DNA of 64,000 nucleotides, taken from NCBI GenBank assembly GCA_029856045.1, contig JAHQWG010000047.1, forward strand, positions 128,001 to 192,000, written 5' to 3'. The notes beneath the pieces were generated by a model. The model saw only the letters and a program-made list of their open reading frames with translations, had not been told where the DNA came from and did no database searches. How positions within the stretch are numbered: the stretch's first letter is position 1; each line of letters starts with the position of its first letter. Source of the DNA: Promethearchaeia archaeon (GTDB lineage Archaea > Asgardarchaeota > Lokiarchaeia > Sigyniarchaeales > SOKP01). The translations under genes and the position numbers were made by a program. Below are positions 31,766 through 41,158 of this stretch, piece by piece.

Positions 31766-32581
31766 TTATTTCTTATTTTTAAAATAGCTTAATAAACAAG
31801 TTAATTTATCTAAATGTGTTGGAAATCTTAAAATAATTCCATTTACTTCTTCATGGGAAAAATTATTTACTATTGGTTGATGAAATTCATTTCTAGTTTG
31901 TCGAATATAATTAAAAAATTCACTTAGCCACAATTCTAAATTTTGACCTATATTGCTTGGTAATTCCTTCTTTAATGGCTTTAAACTTTCCAGTAGATTC
32001 TTGAATGTGGTACTTATTGTATGAGACATATCAATCTTCACAAATTTTTTCAAATCGACTATAAAATGCATAAATATTGTTTCAGCACACATTCCCAATA
32101 AAACAACCGAACCGAAATAACAATTCAATTTAAATGATCGTAGAGACTCTAATAAAAATGTTTGTGCTACATCATCTACTAGATCAGAATTAAGTTCCAT
32201 AAGTTTATTAAGATAAATATCAGAACTATACGGATCATAATCCTGATTTTCAATTAGATACTTTCCCAATTCAGTTAGGTGGAGATGTGGAAAGAATTTT
32301 GAATCTCTATAATGTTTTTTACCCCCTGGAGATAAGATACCCGTTAGTACATAATTCCATATCTCATCTATACATTTCATTTCATCATCATGGGATAAAA
32401 TGTTTGTGTGCATACTATGTGGATCTTCTATATACCCTAGATTAATAGCCGTTCGTTGAAGTGTTGAGTAAAAATTATCACTATTGATATTAATACCAGA
32501 TTTATTTTGTTTGATTAATTCTTTCACAATCTTTTTTGCTTGATTATCATTTAATTTGTCTTCTTTACTATAAAGCATCAT
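31766..32581 (-). CDS. Putative HEPN-domain (DUF4145/Abi-like) protein
   Basis: LLESLRSFKLNCYFGSVVLLGMCAE helix pair and IRQTRNEFHQP (R...H motif). Start set at ATG 32581, which overlaps the TIR stop as ATGA. Confidence 0.6.
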   Translation of the reverse strand: MMLYSKEDKLNDNQAKKIVKELIKQNKSGININSDNFYSTLQRTAINLGYIEDPHSMHTNILSHDDEMKCIDEIWNYVLTGILSPGGKKHYRDSKFFPHLHLTELGKYLIENQDYDPYSSDIYLNKLMELNSDLVDDVAQTFLLESLRSFKLNCYFGSVVLLGMCAETIFMHFIVDLKKFVKIDMSHTISTTFKNLLESLKPLKKELPSNIGQNLELWLSEFFNYIRQTRNEFHQPIVNNFSHEEVNGIILRFPTHLDKLTCLLSYFKNKK

Positions 32582-33363
32582 TTTATTATCCCACTTTTCC
32601 TTAATGTTTTTAATAACATATCTTTCCAATTAGTTCCGTCAAAATCTTCCCATACATAACTACTTATATTGCTAGGTAAGACTGTTTCCTTTCTACGCAA
32701 TAGAAAAAATTCTTTTATTTTACCTTTCTTCTTTCTATCCCGTATTATACCAAATTCATCAATGACATTTTGCCTTGCTTGCTTATTTCCGTTTTCGAGT
32801 TTATCATCGGGAGAAAATAATACAATGGCAAACAAACAGCGATCTAGGTAATGAGTTATTTTATCGGGTATCGTTCCAGAATAAGGTTCTTCTGCTATAT
32901 GAATGGGATTTAATCCTAATTCATTTATATATTCTTTTACTGTGTATAGCATTTCAGTATCTTGACCGTGACTAATAAAAACATTCTTATTATCCGATAT
33001 ATCCTCCTTATACGATTCGCCAACTAAACCAAGATATTTTTCCAACTTTTCTTTTACCATTTTGCCAAAATGTTTCATTTCAAATGGTTGTTTTGCGATT
33101 ATATTTACAGAAAAATTTTGTATGCAGTTCATCTCTTCGAACCTGATCGAACTATTGCGTTGAATTGGCATTTTTCCACCTTGAAGACCGTAATATACTA
33201 GCATATTCACCTTTTCTTCCATTTCTCTAGATATAGAATGCAACCACATATTATCATTTTCCGAAATGATAAAATTATCATTCAATATATTATTAGCAAT
33301 CTTTAATAATTTCTTGACTGCTTGGATTAATGTATTTTTTTCATTTGCCATTGTCTCAATCAT
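32578..33363 (-). CDS. TIR-domain (Cap12/PycTIR-type) protein with uncharacterised N-terminal domain
   Basis: VFISHGQD, FAIVLFSPDD, QARQNVIDEFG (catalytic Glu retained), LPSNI. Confidence 0.85.
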   Translation of the reverse strand: MIETMANEKNTLIQAVKKLLKIANNILNDNFIISENDNMWLHSISREMEEKVNMLVYYGLQGGKMPIQRNSSIRFEEMNCIQNFSVNIIAKQPFEMKHFGKMVKEKLEKYLGLVGESYKEDISDNKNVFISHGQDTEMLYTVKEYINELGLNPIHIAEEPYSGTIPDKITHYLDRCLFAIVLFSPDDKLENGNKQARQNVIDEFGIIRDRKKKGKIKEFFLLRRKETVLPSNISSYVWEDFDGTNWKDMLLKTLRKSGIIK

Positions 33364-33780
33364 TTATTATCCGTACCCATTTATGTATTTGTATGATATG
33401 CATCCATTTCTCTATATTTTAATCTTTCGGGGTTTTTTTTTAATAGTTATTATTTTAATATATTAATTAAAATGTGAATTTTTAAATAAAGAAAGAGTAA
33501 TAAAATACTTATTTTTATAAATTGATGGCAAAATTTATTAAAATCTTACTTTTTATCCAATATATCCAATACTTCAGATACTTGAACATTTATGAATAAA
33601 TTATTTTTTATTAATAATTTATTAATTTTTGAAATATCTAATTATGAAGTGTTTGGGTATGAAAAATTGATTATTGTATTGAATAAAAAAAAGGTAACTA
33701 TCTACTTATTTTATAATTTATGCGACAATAAACTAAAAAAGAATTAAACTTTAATTTAATCAAAATACTGTGCTAATTCT

Positions 33781-34299
33781 ATGAAAGAAGACCTAGAAAA
33801 ATTAACTAAGGAAAAGCTAATTGAGTACATCGAAGATATATCTAAAAACTGGATTGCGCTCGATGGTACCTGGTTTCAGGCAGTGGAAAATGACCTAGGA
33901 CTTGAAAAAGCCATGGAACTTAATATTAAACAATGGACGAGATTTACAGTTATTGAAGCTAAGAGAATTATGAAAAGATTTAATATTCCTCCAAACGGAG
34001 GTATTTCTGCATTGATTAAGGCTTTAAAATTCAGGGTTTATGCGAATATTAACGTACAAGAAATCGTTGAGATTTCCGAAAATCGCTGTGTATTTCGAAT
34101 GAACAATTGCCGCGTTCAGTATGCAAGAAAGCAACGAGGGTTACCAGATTTTCCTTGTAAGGGAGTTGGTTTGGTTGAATACGGTTTATTTGCTGAAACA
34201 ATAGACCCAAGAATAGAAACTAAATGCATTTGTTGTCCTCCAGATCCTCATCCGGAAGAATATTTTTGTGCTTGGGAATTTATTCTAAAGGATAAATAA
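33781..34299 (+). CDS. DUF6125-like protein (V4R-like, Cys-containing)
   Basis: NWIALDGTWFQAVE, CRVQYARK, FPCKGVG, CCPPDPHPEEYFCAWEF. Confidence 0.75.
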   Translation: MKEDLEKLTKEKLIEYIEDISKNWIALDGTWFQAVENDLGLEKAMELNIKQWTRFTVIEAKRIMKRFNIPPNGGISALIKALKFRVYANINVQEIVEISENRCVFRMNNCRVQYARKQRGLPDFPCKGVGLVEYGLFAETIDPRIETKCICCPPDPHPEEYFCAWEFILKDK

Positions 34300-34320
34300 A
34301 TAAAATAAAAAAAAAAGATT

Positions 34321-34944
34321 TTAAACTTCTTTATCAAATTTACTCAAAAGCCATAATATTGCGATAATTGCGAGTGGAATTCCAAAAATTATCAAAAACC
34401 AAACACCAACCGTTAGATAAGCGATGATGAAATAACTATATGATAGACTACCAAATGGGGTAAGCCAATTGCCATCAATAGCCACGTAAATACAAACTCC
34501 AATAAATAGGAAAAATGATAAACCACCACCGCCACCTTCATACTTTCTATTTTTCAATCTCTTCCATTTCTCCCTTTCCATCTCTTCTTTTTTTAATCTC
34601 TTCTTAATATCTTCTTTCTCATCAGCCGGTAAAATTTTAAACCATAGTAATGCGAATAAAATGGCAAAGAATGCTACTACTGGCAGTACAACAAGCAAAA
34701 ATTCCCATAAAATCAATAGCAATACCCATAAAATGGCTGTCCCCATAGAAAATTCATCAAATGTCCATGCACCGTTGCCTCCAACTTCTGAAGCTGGAAT
34801 ATACAATAAAGTGACTAAAATTCCTACTATTAAAGCTCCAACTACCGCAGCTCCACAGATTATAGTAATTACCCAATGTTTTCTTATCAATCGTTTCCAA
34901 AACCATTCATCTAAGACTCTCTTACTCTCTTCTTCACTACTCAT
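34321..34944 (-). CDS. Hypothetical membrane protein
   Basis: Four TM segments, Lys-rich loop, GGGGG; internal repeat GNGAWTFDEFS / DGNWLTPFGSLS. Confidence 0.7.
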   Translation of the reverse strand: MSSEEESKRVLDEWFWKRLIRKHWVITIICGAAVVGALIVGILVTLLYIPASEVGGNGAWTFDEFSMGTAILWVLLLILWEFLLVVLPVVAFFAILFALLWFKILPADEKEDIKKRLKKEEMEREKWKRLKNRKYEGGGGGLSFFLFIGVCIYVAIDGNWLTPFGSLSYSYFIIAYLTVGVWFLIIFGIPLAIIAILWLLSKFDKEV

Positions 34945-35211
34945 AAATATTTCTACCTCGAAATATGTTTTGTTTTTAAATTAAATTAGAATTCTGTTTT
35001 AAATAAAAAACAGATCTAAATATAAAACTAGTCCTTATATTTTATTTATTTGATCAAAAAATTAAAGGAGTGATATATTTTAATAGCAGATTTTTATGAA
35101 ACTAAGGGTAATTATTATCTAAGAAATAATATTGTCATTTTTTGAAGATTAAAAAAGAATTGTTACTTATCTTAGATTTTTTTTTAAAATCTTTTTTCTA
35201 CTTGTAATTTC

Positions 35212-35406
35212 TTATTCTAGTCTCTTTCTAACAACACAATAAACTTCACCGTTAAACATAGTCTTATAACATGAATTACAGCTAATACAATGTGCTGGCG
35301 AGATATCACCACTTTTCTAACCGTTTGGAGGGTCTGGTTCGTGTATAAGAGGTCTACTCATCGATATAAAATCTGTATAATTTTCGCCTTCAGGAAATTT
35401 TTTCAC
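35212..35406 (-). pseudogene. C-terminal relic of an NADH:flavin oxidoreductase (old yellow enzyme family)
   Basis: Translates DFISMSRPLIHEPDPPNG*KSGDISPAHCISCNSCYK...YCVVRKRLE*; TAG at 35319-35317; no N-terminal barrel. Confidence 0.7.
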
Positions 35407-35415
35407 AGAAAAAAT

Positions 35416-36492
35416 TTAATCTTTGGTTGCTTTTTGAATCCAACCAAACTTATCCTCCATATGTCCTGATTGAATTCCAGTTATTGTATCATATAGTTTT
35501 TGAGTCAGTTTTCCAACTTTGAAGTCGTTAATCTTATAATCTTTGCCTTTATATCCTAATAATCCGACAGGTGTAATTACTGCTGCAGTTCCACTTCCAA
35601 ATGCCTCATCTAATTTGCCATTCTCAAATGCAGTAATAACCTCATCTATGGATAGATTTCTCTCTTCGACTTTTATTCCTTCGGATTTACATAACTGTAT
35701 CACAGAGTCTCTTGTTATACCAGGTAAAATTGTTCCTGTTAGAGGTGAGGTTATTACAACTCCATCTATCACGAAAAAAATATTCATTGTGCCCACTTCT
35801 TCTATATATTTTCTTTCTTGGGCGTCTAGCCATAATACTTGTGCATATCCCTCTTTTTCCGCTTCTTTTGTTGCAAATAAACTAGCTGCATAATTTCCAC
35901 AAGTTTTTGCTTGACCAACACCACCATCTGCTGCACGAATATATTTATCTTCGACCTTAATTTTTACTGGACCAAAACCTGTGGAGTAATAAGCACCAAC
36001 AGGGGATAAAATTATATAAAATATATATTGACCACTCGGATGCACACCAAGAAACGGTTCTGAAGCAATGTAAGTTGGTCTTATGTAGAGAGATGTTCCT
36101 TCTGAATGAGGAACCCAATGTTGTTCAATAGTAAGTAGTTCTTTAAGAGCATCTAGGGCAAAATTGACGTCTATTCGGGGCATCACCATTCTAACGGCGG
36201 ACATTTGAAGTCTTTCAAAGTTTTTTTCTGGTCTAAATAAATTGATTTGGTCTTCTGTTCTATAAGCTTTCAATCCTTCGAATATTGCTTGTCCGTAATG
36301 GAGGACGCATGCAGCAGGATCAAGCATGAAAGGCTCATATTTTTTTATTTCTGCATTATGCCAACCTTTCATTTCATCATAATACATAAGAAACATATGA
36401 TCCGTGAAGATTTTACCAAAACCTAAGGTGTTCTCATCTTCTGGAAGTTTTCCTCTTTCATTTTTTGGAATTGTATTAATTTTTAATTCCAT
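35416..36492 (-). CDS. ilvE: Branched-chain amino acid aminotransferase
   Basis: FTDHM, LHYGQAIFEGLKAY, LYIRP, AKTCGNYAASL, EEVGTMN, ILPGITR, GTAAVITP. Confidence 0.95.
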   Translation of the reverse strand: MELKINTIPKNERGKLPEDENTLGFGKIFTDHMFLMYYDEMKGWHNAEIKKYEPFMLDPAACVLHYGQAIFEGLKAYRTEDQINLFRPEKNFERLQMSAVRMVMPRIDVNFALDALKELLTIEQHWVPHSEGTSLYIRPTYIASEPFLGVHPSGQYIFYIILSPVGAYYSTGFGPVKIKVEDKYIRAADGGVGQAKTCGNYAASLFATKEAEKEGYAQVLWLDAQERKYIEEVGTMNIFFVIDGVVITSPLTGTILPGITRDSVIQLCKSEGIKVEERNLSIDEVITAFENGKLDEAFGSGTAAVITPVGLLGYKGKDYKINDFKVGKLTQKLYDTITGIQSGHMEDKFGWIQKATKD

Positions 36493-36694
36493 ATTCTTTT
36501 AATTCCTTTCAATTTTAATCTTTATTAAACTAATTCGTTGTATTTAAAAAATTATAGTTATAATAATATAAAGATTTTGAAAAAAGTATACGGTCTTTAT
36601 GGGTTATTTTTCCAAATTTAAGTAAAAACTAAAAGAAATAATTAAAATTTTTTTGAATCGAATATTTATTAAGTTGAAAACTGGTGATATAGAA

Positions 36695-36880
36695 TTGAAA
36701 AAAACAAAATGTAAAGGTTGCGGAAAAAAATTAGATATAAAAGATAAAGATAGTTATGGTAAATGCCAAGATTGTGGAGAAATTTTTTGTGAGAAATGTT
36801 TAAGATCATGCCCTGATTGCGGCGCTTCTCCATTTTGCGCTGATTGTATGGAGGCACATTTAGCTGATCATGATTTTTAA
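36695..36880 (+). CDS. Small Cys-rich zinc-finger protein
   Basis: Five CxxC plus HxxxH in about 61 aa; TTG 36695 follows GGTGA at 36683-36687 (track start 36653). Confidence 0.7.
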   Translation: MKKTKCKGCGKKLDIKDKDSYGKCQDCGEIFCEKCLRSCPDCGASPFCADCMEAHLADHDF

Positions 36881-36886
36881 TAAGAA

Positions 36887-37927
36887 TTAATATTGGCCAA
36901 ATTTTTCTATTAATGCTTTAGCATAACCAATATTCCTACTCGCCATTTCAAAAGGTTCCCATGGCCACTCGCATCCTGCAGCATACATGAACCTTCCACT
37001 TGGTTTTCCAGCTTCAATTGTTTTAGAAATTTCATTAATAACTTCCAAAGGTGAATATTTTGGGCTTCCAATTATCATGGTGTTGGTATTACCTCTAATG
37101 CAATTATTCTTTCCTATTTTCTCCTTTGCCATTTTTAAATCTACTTGATAATCTAAATCTAAGATTGCTGCTTTTGTGCTGGAGACCAATTTTAACATAT
37201 CTCGACCTTCTCTGTCAATTACTGAATTATCTCCGCAGATATGGTATAGAACAGGAACATCTTTTTGGATGTAGTTAAATAATTCTCTGGTGGCATCTAA
37301 GCAACATTTCTCATATCTCATCGGTCCAATTTGTGATATTGCTGAATCACCAGCGCCAATGATATCTGCTCCTGCTTCAATTTGTAATTTAGCAAATTCT
37401 TTTTGGATGGGCAAAATTCTATTAATAAACCCTTTAATTTCTTCTACCCAATTTTCTTTTTTGCATAATAATAAAATATTTATTAAATCGAATAAACAAC
37501 ATATCTCAGCAAATGGTGCTTCAATCCATCCAACAATGCATTGACTCCCTCCCACTTTCTCGTGAAGTTTTTTAACTGCAGCAACTCTGTTTTGAATTCT
37601 CTTATTTTCTAAAATAGTAGGAGTTTCAATGGAGCTAAAATCTTCAATTTTTATATTTTTTTTTGCAACAGGTGTGTGACTATCCCAATTAATTTCGACA
37701 CCCCATGCATTTGCTTCCCTATAGGCATCAGTTGAAACATTAACATGATCAATTCCAAAAAAATTAGAACATTTAATTTGTGCATTCGCTAAAATTTCGG
37801 GATTTTGGCAATATTCGTTATAACTTTTATGTAATAACATCGGGGCGAGATGCATGATGAATGGATTAAAGGGAATCTTTTCAGGAATTCCTTTAATTGC
37901 TGATAAGGTTAATTCAAGAGAATTCAT
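36887..37927 (-). CDS. Uroporphyrinogen decarboxylase-family (MtaA/CmuA-like) methyltransferase
   Basis: EAPFAE, QIEAGAD, LYHICGD, GN, AAGCE (HxC...C Zn motif). Confidence 0.85.
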   Translation of the reverse strand: MNSLELTLSAIKGIPEKIPFNPFIMHLAPMLLHKSYNEYCQNPEILANAQIKCSNFFGIDHVNVSTDAYREANAWGVEINWDSHTPVAKKNIKIEDFSSIETPTILENKRIQNRVAAVKKLHEKVGGSQCIVGWIEAPFAEICCLFDLINILLLCKKENWVEEIKGFINRILPIQKEFAKLQIEAGADIIGAGDSAISQIGPMRYEKCCLDATRELFNYIQKDVPVLYHICGDNSVIDREGRDMLKLVSSTKAAILDLDYQVDLKMAKEKIGKNNCIRGNTNTMIIGSPKYSPLEVINEISKTIEAGKPSGRFMYAAGCEWPWEPFEMASRNIGYAKALIEKFGQY

Positions 37928-38835
37928 TTAAAATCATCATTCTTTAAGATTTTTATGAATTGATAAAAATACTTATATGCATTATTATAGTGTTTATCAT
38001 TTTTTGAATATTCTATTCCGTTGGAAAGTAATTTCTTGAATCCCTCCATATCTTTTGTTTTAATTGTTTTTCTATAAGATTTTAATAAGTGTTCAAATAA
38101 TTCAAGGATTTTTTGAAATTGTAAATTATCCATCTGAATTTCTCCAAGCATTTCAACTTCCTTTTGAATAATGCTTTCAGCGAAAAGTTTTTGTAATAAA
38201 AATGTTGTCCCGGTATATTTCATTAGCTCATCAAGAGGTTGATTTGATTCCTTTATTAGATTTAAAAAAAGAATGTTAAACATGTGTGGAACCCCCAATG
38301 TTAATGCTATCATCATATCATGAAAATCTTCTGTAGTTTCAGTAATTTTAAGGCCTTCTTTTTTAAAAAGACTAAAAAGCTCATTAGTAATTGACTCATA
38401 TAGATCGGTTCCGCCAATCTTTAGATATAACATTACATAATTCTTTAAATCTTTTATTCCAGGTCCAAACATAGGATGCAATGAAAAACAATTTATTGGA
38501 TATCTTTCTTGGACTTTTTTTAATGATTTAACGACTTCAGATTTTAATGAAGTTATATCGAAAATTAAAGCATTTACTTTTAAATATTGAGCAACTTTTT
38601 CTATCATTTCAGGTGAAGATCTAATAGGGATTGCAACCATCACAATATCAGCATTTAAAACACTTTTTTGAAGATTCAACTCATACTTCACACCAACTTC
38701 TTGTGATACATTCTTTAACCTTTCTTCATTTCTTGCCATCAACGTTACATCAAATCCGTGTTTTTTAAAAAATCTAGCAAATATTTTACCTAATCCACCC
38801 GAACCCCCAATAATTGTAATTTTTTTTCCTAACAT
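37924..38835 (-). CDS. tyrA: Prephenate dehydrogenase
   Basis: IIGGSGGLG, DITSLK, LHPMFGP, HDMMIA..LGVPH. Confidence 0.9.
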   Translation of the reverse strand: MLGKKITIIGGSGGLGKIFARFFKKHGFDVTLMARNEERLKNVSQEVGVKYELNLQKSVLNADIVMVAIPIRSSPEMIEKVAQYLKVNALIFDITSLKSEVVKSLKKVQERYPINCFSLHPMFGPGIKDLKNYVMLYLKIGGTDLYESITNELFSLFKKEGLKITETTEDFHDMMIALTLGVPHMFNILFLNLIKESNQPLDELMKYTGTTFLLQKLFAESIIQKEVEMLGEIQMDNLQFQKILELFEHLLKSYRKTIKTKDMEGFKKLLSNGIEYSKNDKHYNNAYKYFYQFIKILKNDDFK

Positions 38836-38837
38836 TT

Positions 38838-39698
38838 TTATTTAATCCCCAAAAACTTTTTTACAATATTTGTCATAAGTTCTTTTTTAGGAGCTTTTTC
38901 AGTCCACCATTCAAATGCTAAAAATCCTTGATTTACAAGCATATCTAACCCACCCAATGTCCTGCAACCGATATCTTCAGCATTTTTTAGTAATTTTGTT
39001 TTCAATGGATTATAAATTATATCAAAAACAAATAAGTTTTTATTTAGAAATTCTTTAGGAACTGGAGTTTCTTCAATTTTTGGATACATTCCAATCGGGG
39101 AAGTATTAATTAAGATATCAGATGTGGCACAAAATTTTTTCAAGTTGTAATTAGAAATAGCATCGGCAAATGTTTTTACTCCAGTTCTTTCATTTAATTC
39201 TTTCGCCAATAATTTTGATCTTTCTTTTCGAATATTTAAAAATATAATCTGAGCAACATCTTCTGCTATGAAGTAACTCAATGCTCTTGCAGCTCCACCG
39301 GCTCCTATAAACAATACCTTTTTATCTGATAGTTCAAAACCATTTTCAATTAACGATTGTTTTCCTCCAGCACCATCGGTATTTCTTGCTTTTAAATAAC
39401 CATTTTCGTTTTTAATTGTATTTACAGCCCCAATATTTTTTGCAATGGGATCAATCTCATCTAAATATTCCATTATTGCCTCTTTATGAGGTGTAGTGAC
39501 ACTAATTCCCTTGATATTTAATGCTCTAAAACCATCTATTGCTTTACTTAAATTTTGAGGTTCAATATCAAAAGCTAAATACACATAATCAAGATTAAGA
39601 TCATTAATTGCAGTATTATGCATTATAGGACTCATGCTATGCTTTATAGGGTGTCCAATAACTCCAAGTATCTTTGTTTTTGCCGTAATAGTGGGCAT
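38838..39698 (-). CDS. aroE: Shikimate dehydrogenase
   Basis: HSMSPIMHN, SVTTPHK, GAVNT, NTDG, GAGGAARA, GLDMLVNQG. Confidence 0.95.
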   Translation of the reverse strand: MPTITAKTKILGVIGHPIKHSMSPIMHNTAINDLNLDYVYLAFDIEPQNLSKAIDGFRALNIKGISVTTPHKEAIMEYLDEIDPIAKNIGAVNTIKNENGYLKARNTDGAGGKQSLIENGFELSDKKVLFIGAGGAARALSYFIAEDVAQIIFLNIRKERSKLLAKELNERTGVKTFADAISNYNLKKFCATSDILINTSPIGMYPKIEETPVPKEFLNKNLFVFDIIYNPLKTKLLKNAEDIGCRTLGGLDMLVNQGFLAFEWWTEKAPKKELMTNIVKKFLGIK

Positions 39699-39789
39699 GA
39701 TTTATCAATAAATAATACTTAATACTTAAATTTTTAATATATTTTTGTTTTGATATTATTTAATTTAAATGATATGTAGGAAAAAATAA

Positions 39790-40314
39790 ATGGAAAAGCA
39801 TTCTATAGCTTTAATTGGTTTTATGGGAACTGGAAAAACAGTTGTAGGAAAAAATTTAGCAAATCAATTGGATAAAGACTATAAATTCATTGAGACTGAT
39901 GAGATTATTGAAGAGATGGCTGGAAAATCTATTCCAGAAATTTTTAAAGAAGATGGAGAAATTAGATTTAGAGAATTGGAAATTGCGGCCTGTAAGAAAG
40001 TTTCTCAATTAAAGAACGTTATTGTCTCTTGTGGGGGCGGTGTAGTTTTAAATAAAATAAATATTGATTATATTAAGCGTGATTTTCATATCGTTTTATT
40101 AACTGCAACCCCTGAGGAAATATTGAAAAGAATAATGAAAGAGGGGGAAAAAAAAAGACCGCTTCTAGATAAACCAGATCCAATGGAGGAAATTAAGATT
40201 TTATTAAAATTTAGATCATCTTTTTATGGCGCTCATGCAGTATTTACAGTCGATACAACTGGAAAGAGTATTGATGAGATTGTTTCTGAAATAATTATTA
40301 AAATTGGTATTTAA
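39790..40314 (+). CDS. aroK: Shikimate kinase (bacterial NMP-kinase type)
   Basis: GFMGTGKT, GEIRFRELE, SCGGGVV, RPLL. Confidence 0.93.
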   Translation: MEKHSIALIGFMGTGKTVVGKNLANQLDKDYKFIETDEIIEEMAGKSIPEIFKEDGEIRFRELEIAACKKVSQLKNVIVSCGGGVVLNKINIDYIKRDFHIVLLTATPEEILKRIMKEGEKKRPLLDKPDPMEEIKILLKFRSSFYGAHAVFTVDTTGKSIDEIVSEIIIKIGI

Positions 40315-40345
40315 TTAGTTCATTGAAAATTAATCTTATTTTAGA

Positions 40346-41083
40346 TTAGGAAACATATTTTAGAATTTCTCTTATTATAGTGATTGATATTTGTCCTGGA
40401 GCCGTTTGTTCTTTATAAGACCCATAAGTAAGATATGAGCCAGCTTTTAGACAAAAGATTCGGGATAGTATTCCCAACTCGCCCATACAAAAGCTAATAA
40501 TTTTTTGGTTTTCTGTTCCCAACTCTCTACAAATTCTTAAAGGAATAATGTTATCTTCAAAATTTTTCGCATAAAAAATCAATTTTATTAAATAATTTGA
40601 AGGAGATTTTTCTAAATTAACAGTAAGTTTATCAAATTTTGCTTTAAATTTTGATAATATTTCTATAACGGTCTCATAATCAGGAGTCTTATCAAAATTA
40701 TGGTAAGAAAAGATAATTTTAACATTCTTATTAGAAGCTTTTTGAATTGCATTTTGTAGGAACTCATCATCATTATCCATTTCAATATCCACATAGGTTG
40801 GGCTTAGATTTATCACTTGATTAATTATGTCATATCGTTTTTTATTTTCAATATCTAACTTACCACCTTCACTAAATTTTCTGAAAGTAAAGATCACGGG
40901 AATTTTAACTCCAATAAAAGTGAGTAGTTCTTTTAAGAAATGTGTAGTTAAGGATTCAATATCCTTAATATAATCTAATCGAAATTCAATGATATTAGGT
41001 CTTAATTTTAATAATTCTTCAATTTCTTTTTTCAATTGATGAATTTCATTTGTTTCTACTGGAACTGGAATACAAATATTCAT
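40346..41083 (-). CDS. aroD: Type I 3-dehydroquinate dehydratase
   Basis: EFRLD, FTFRKFSEGG, SYHNFDKTP, MGELGILSRI, APGQ. Confidence 0.93.
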   Translation of the reverse strand: MNICIPVPVETNEIHQLKKEIEELLKLRPNIIEFRLDYIKDIESLTTHFLKELLTFIGVKIPVIFTFRKFSEGGKLDIENKKRYDIINQVINLSPTYVDIEMDNDDEFLQNAIQKASNKNVKIIFSYHNFDKTPDYETVIEILSKFKAKFDKLTVNLEKSPSNYLIKLIFYAKNFEDNIIPLRICRELGTENQKIISFCMGELGILSRIFCLKAGSYLTYGSYKEQTAPGQISITIIREILKYVS

Positions 41084-41158
41084 TTTCTATTTTTTAACAG
41101 TTATTTTATTAAATATTTAAATTAAATTTAAGAAAAAAAGAATAAAAGAGAATAAATT

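Noticed and set aside
31631-33660. AGTGTTTGG direct repeat on both sides of the TIR-HEPN pair as possible att/target-site duplication
   Set aside because: Only 9 nt, with no integrase or transposase in the window; could be chance
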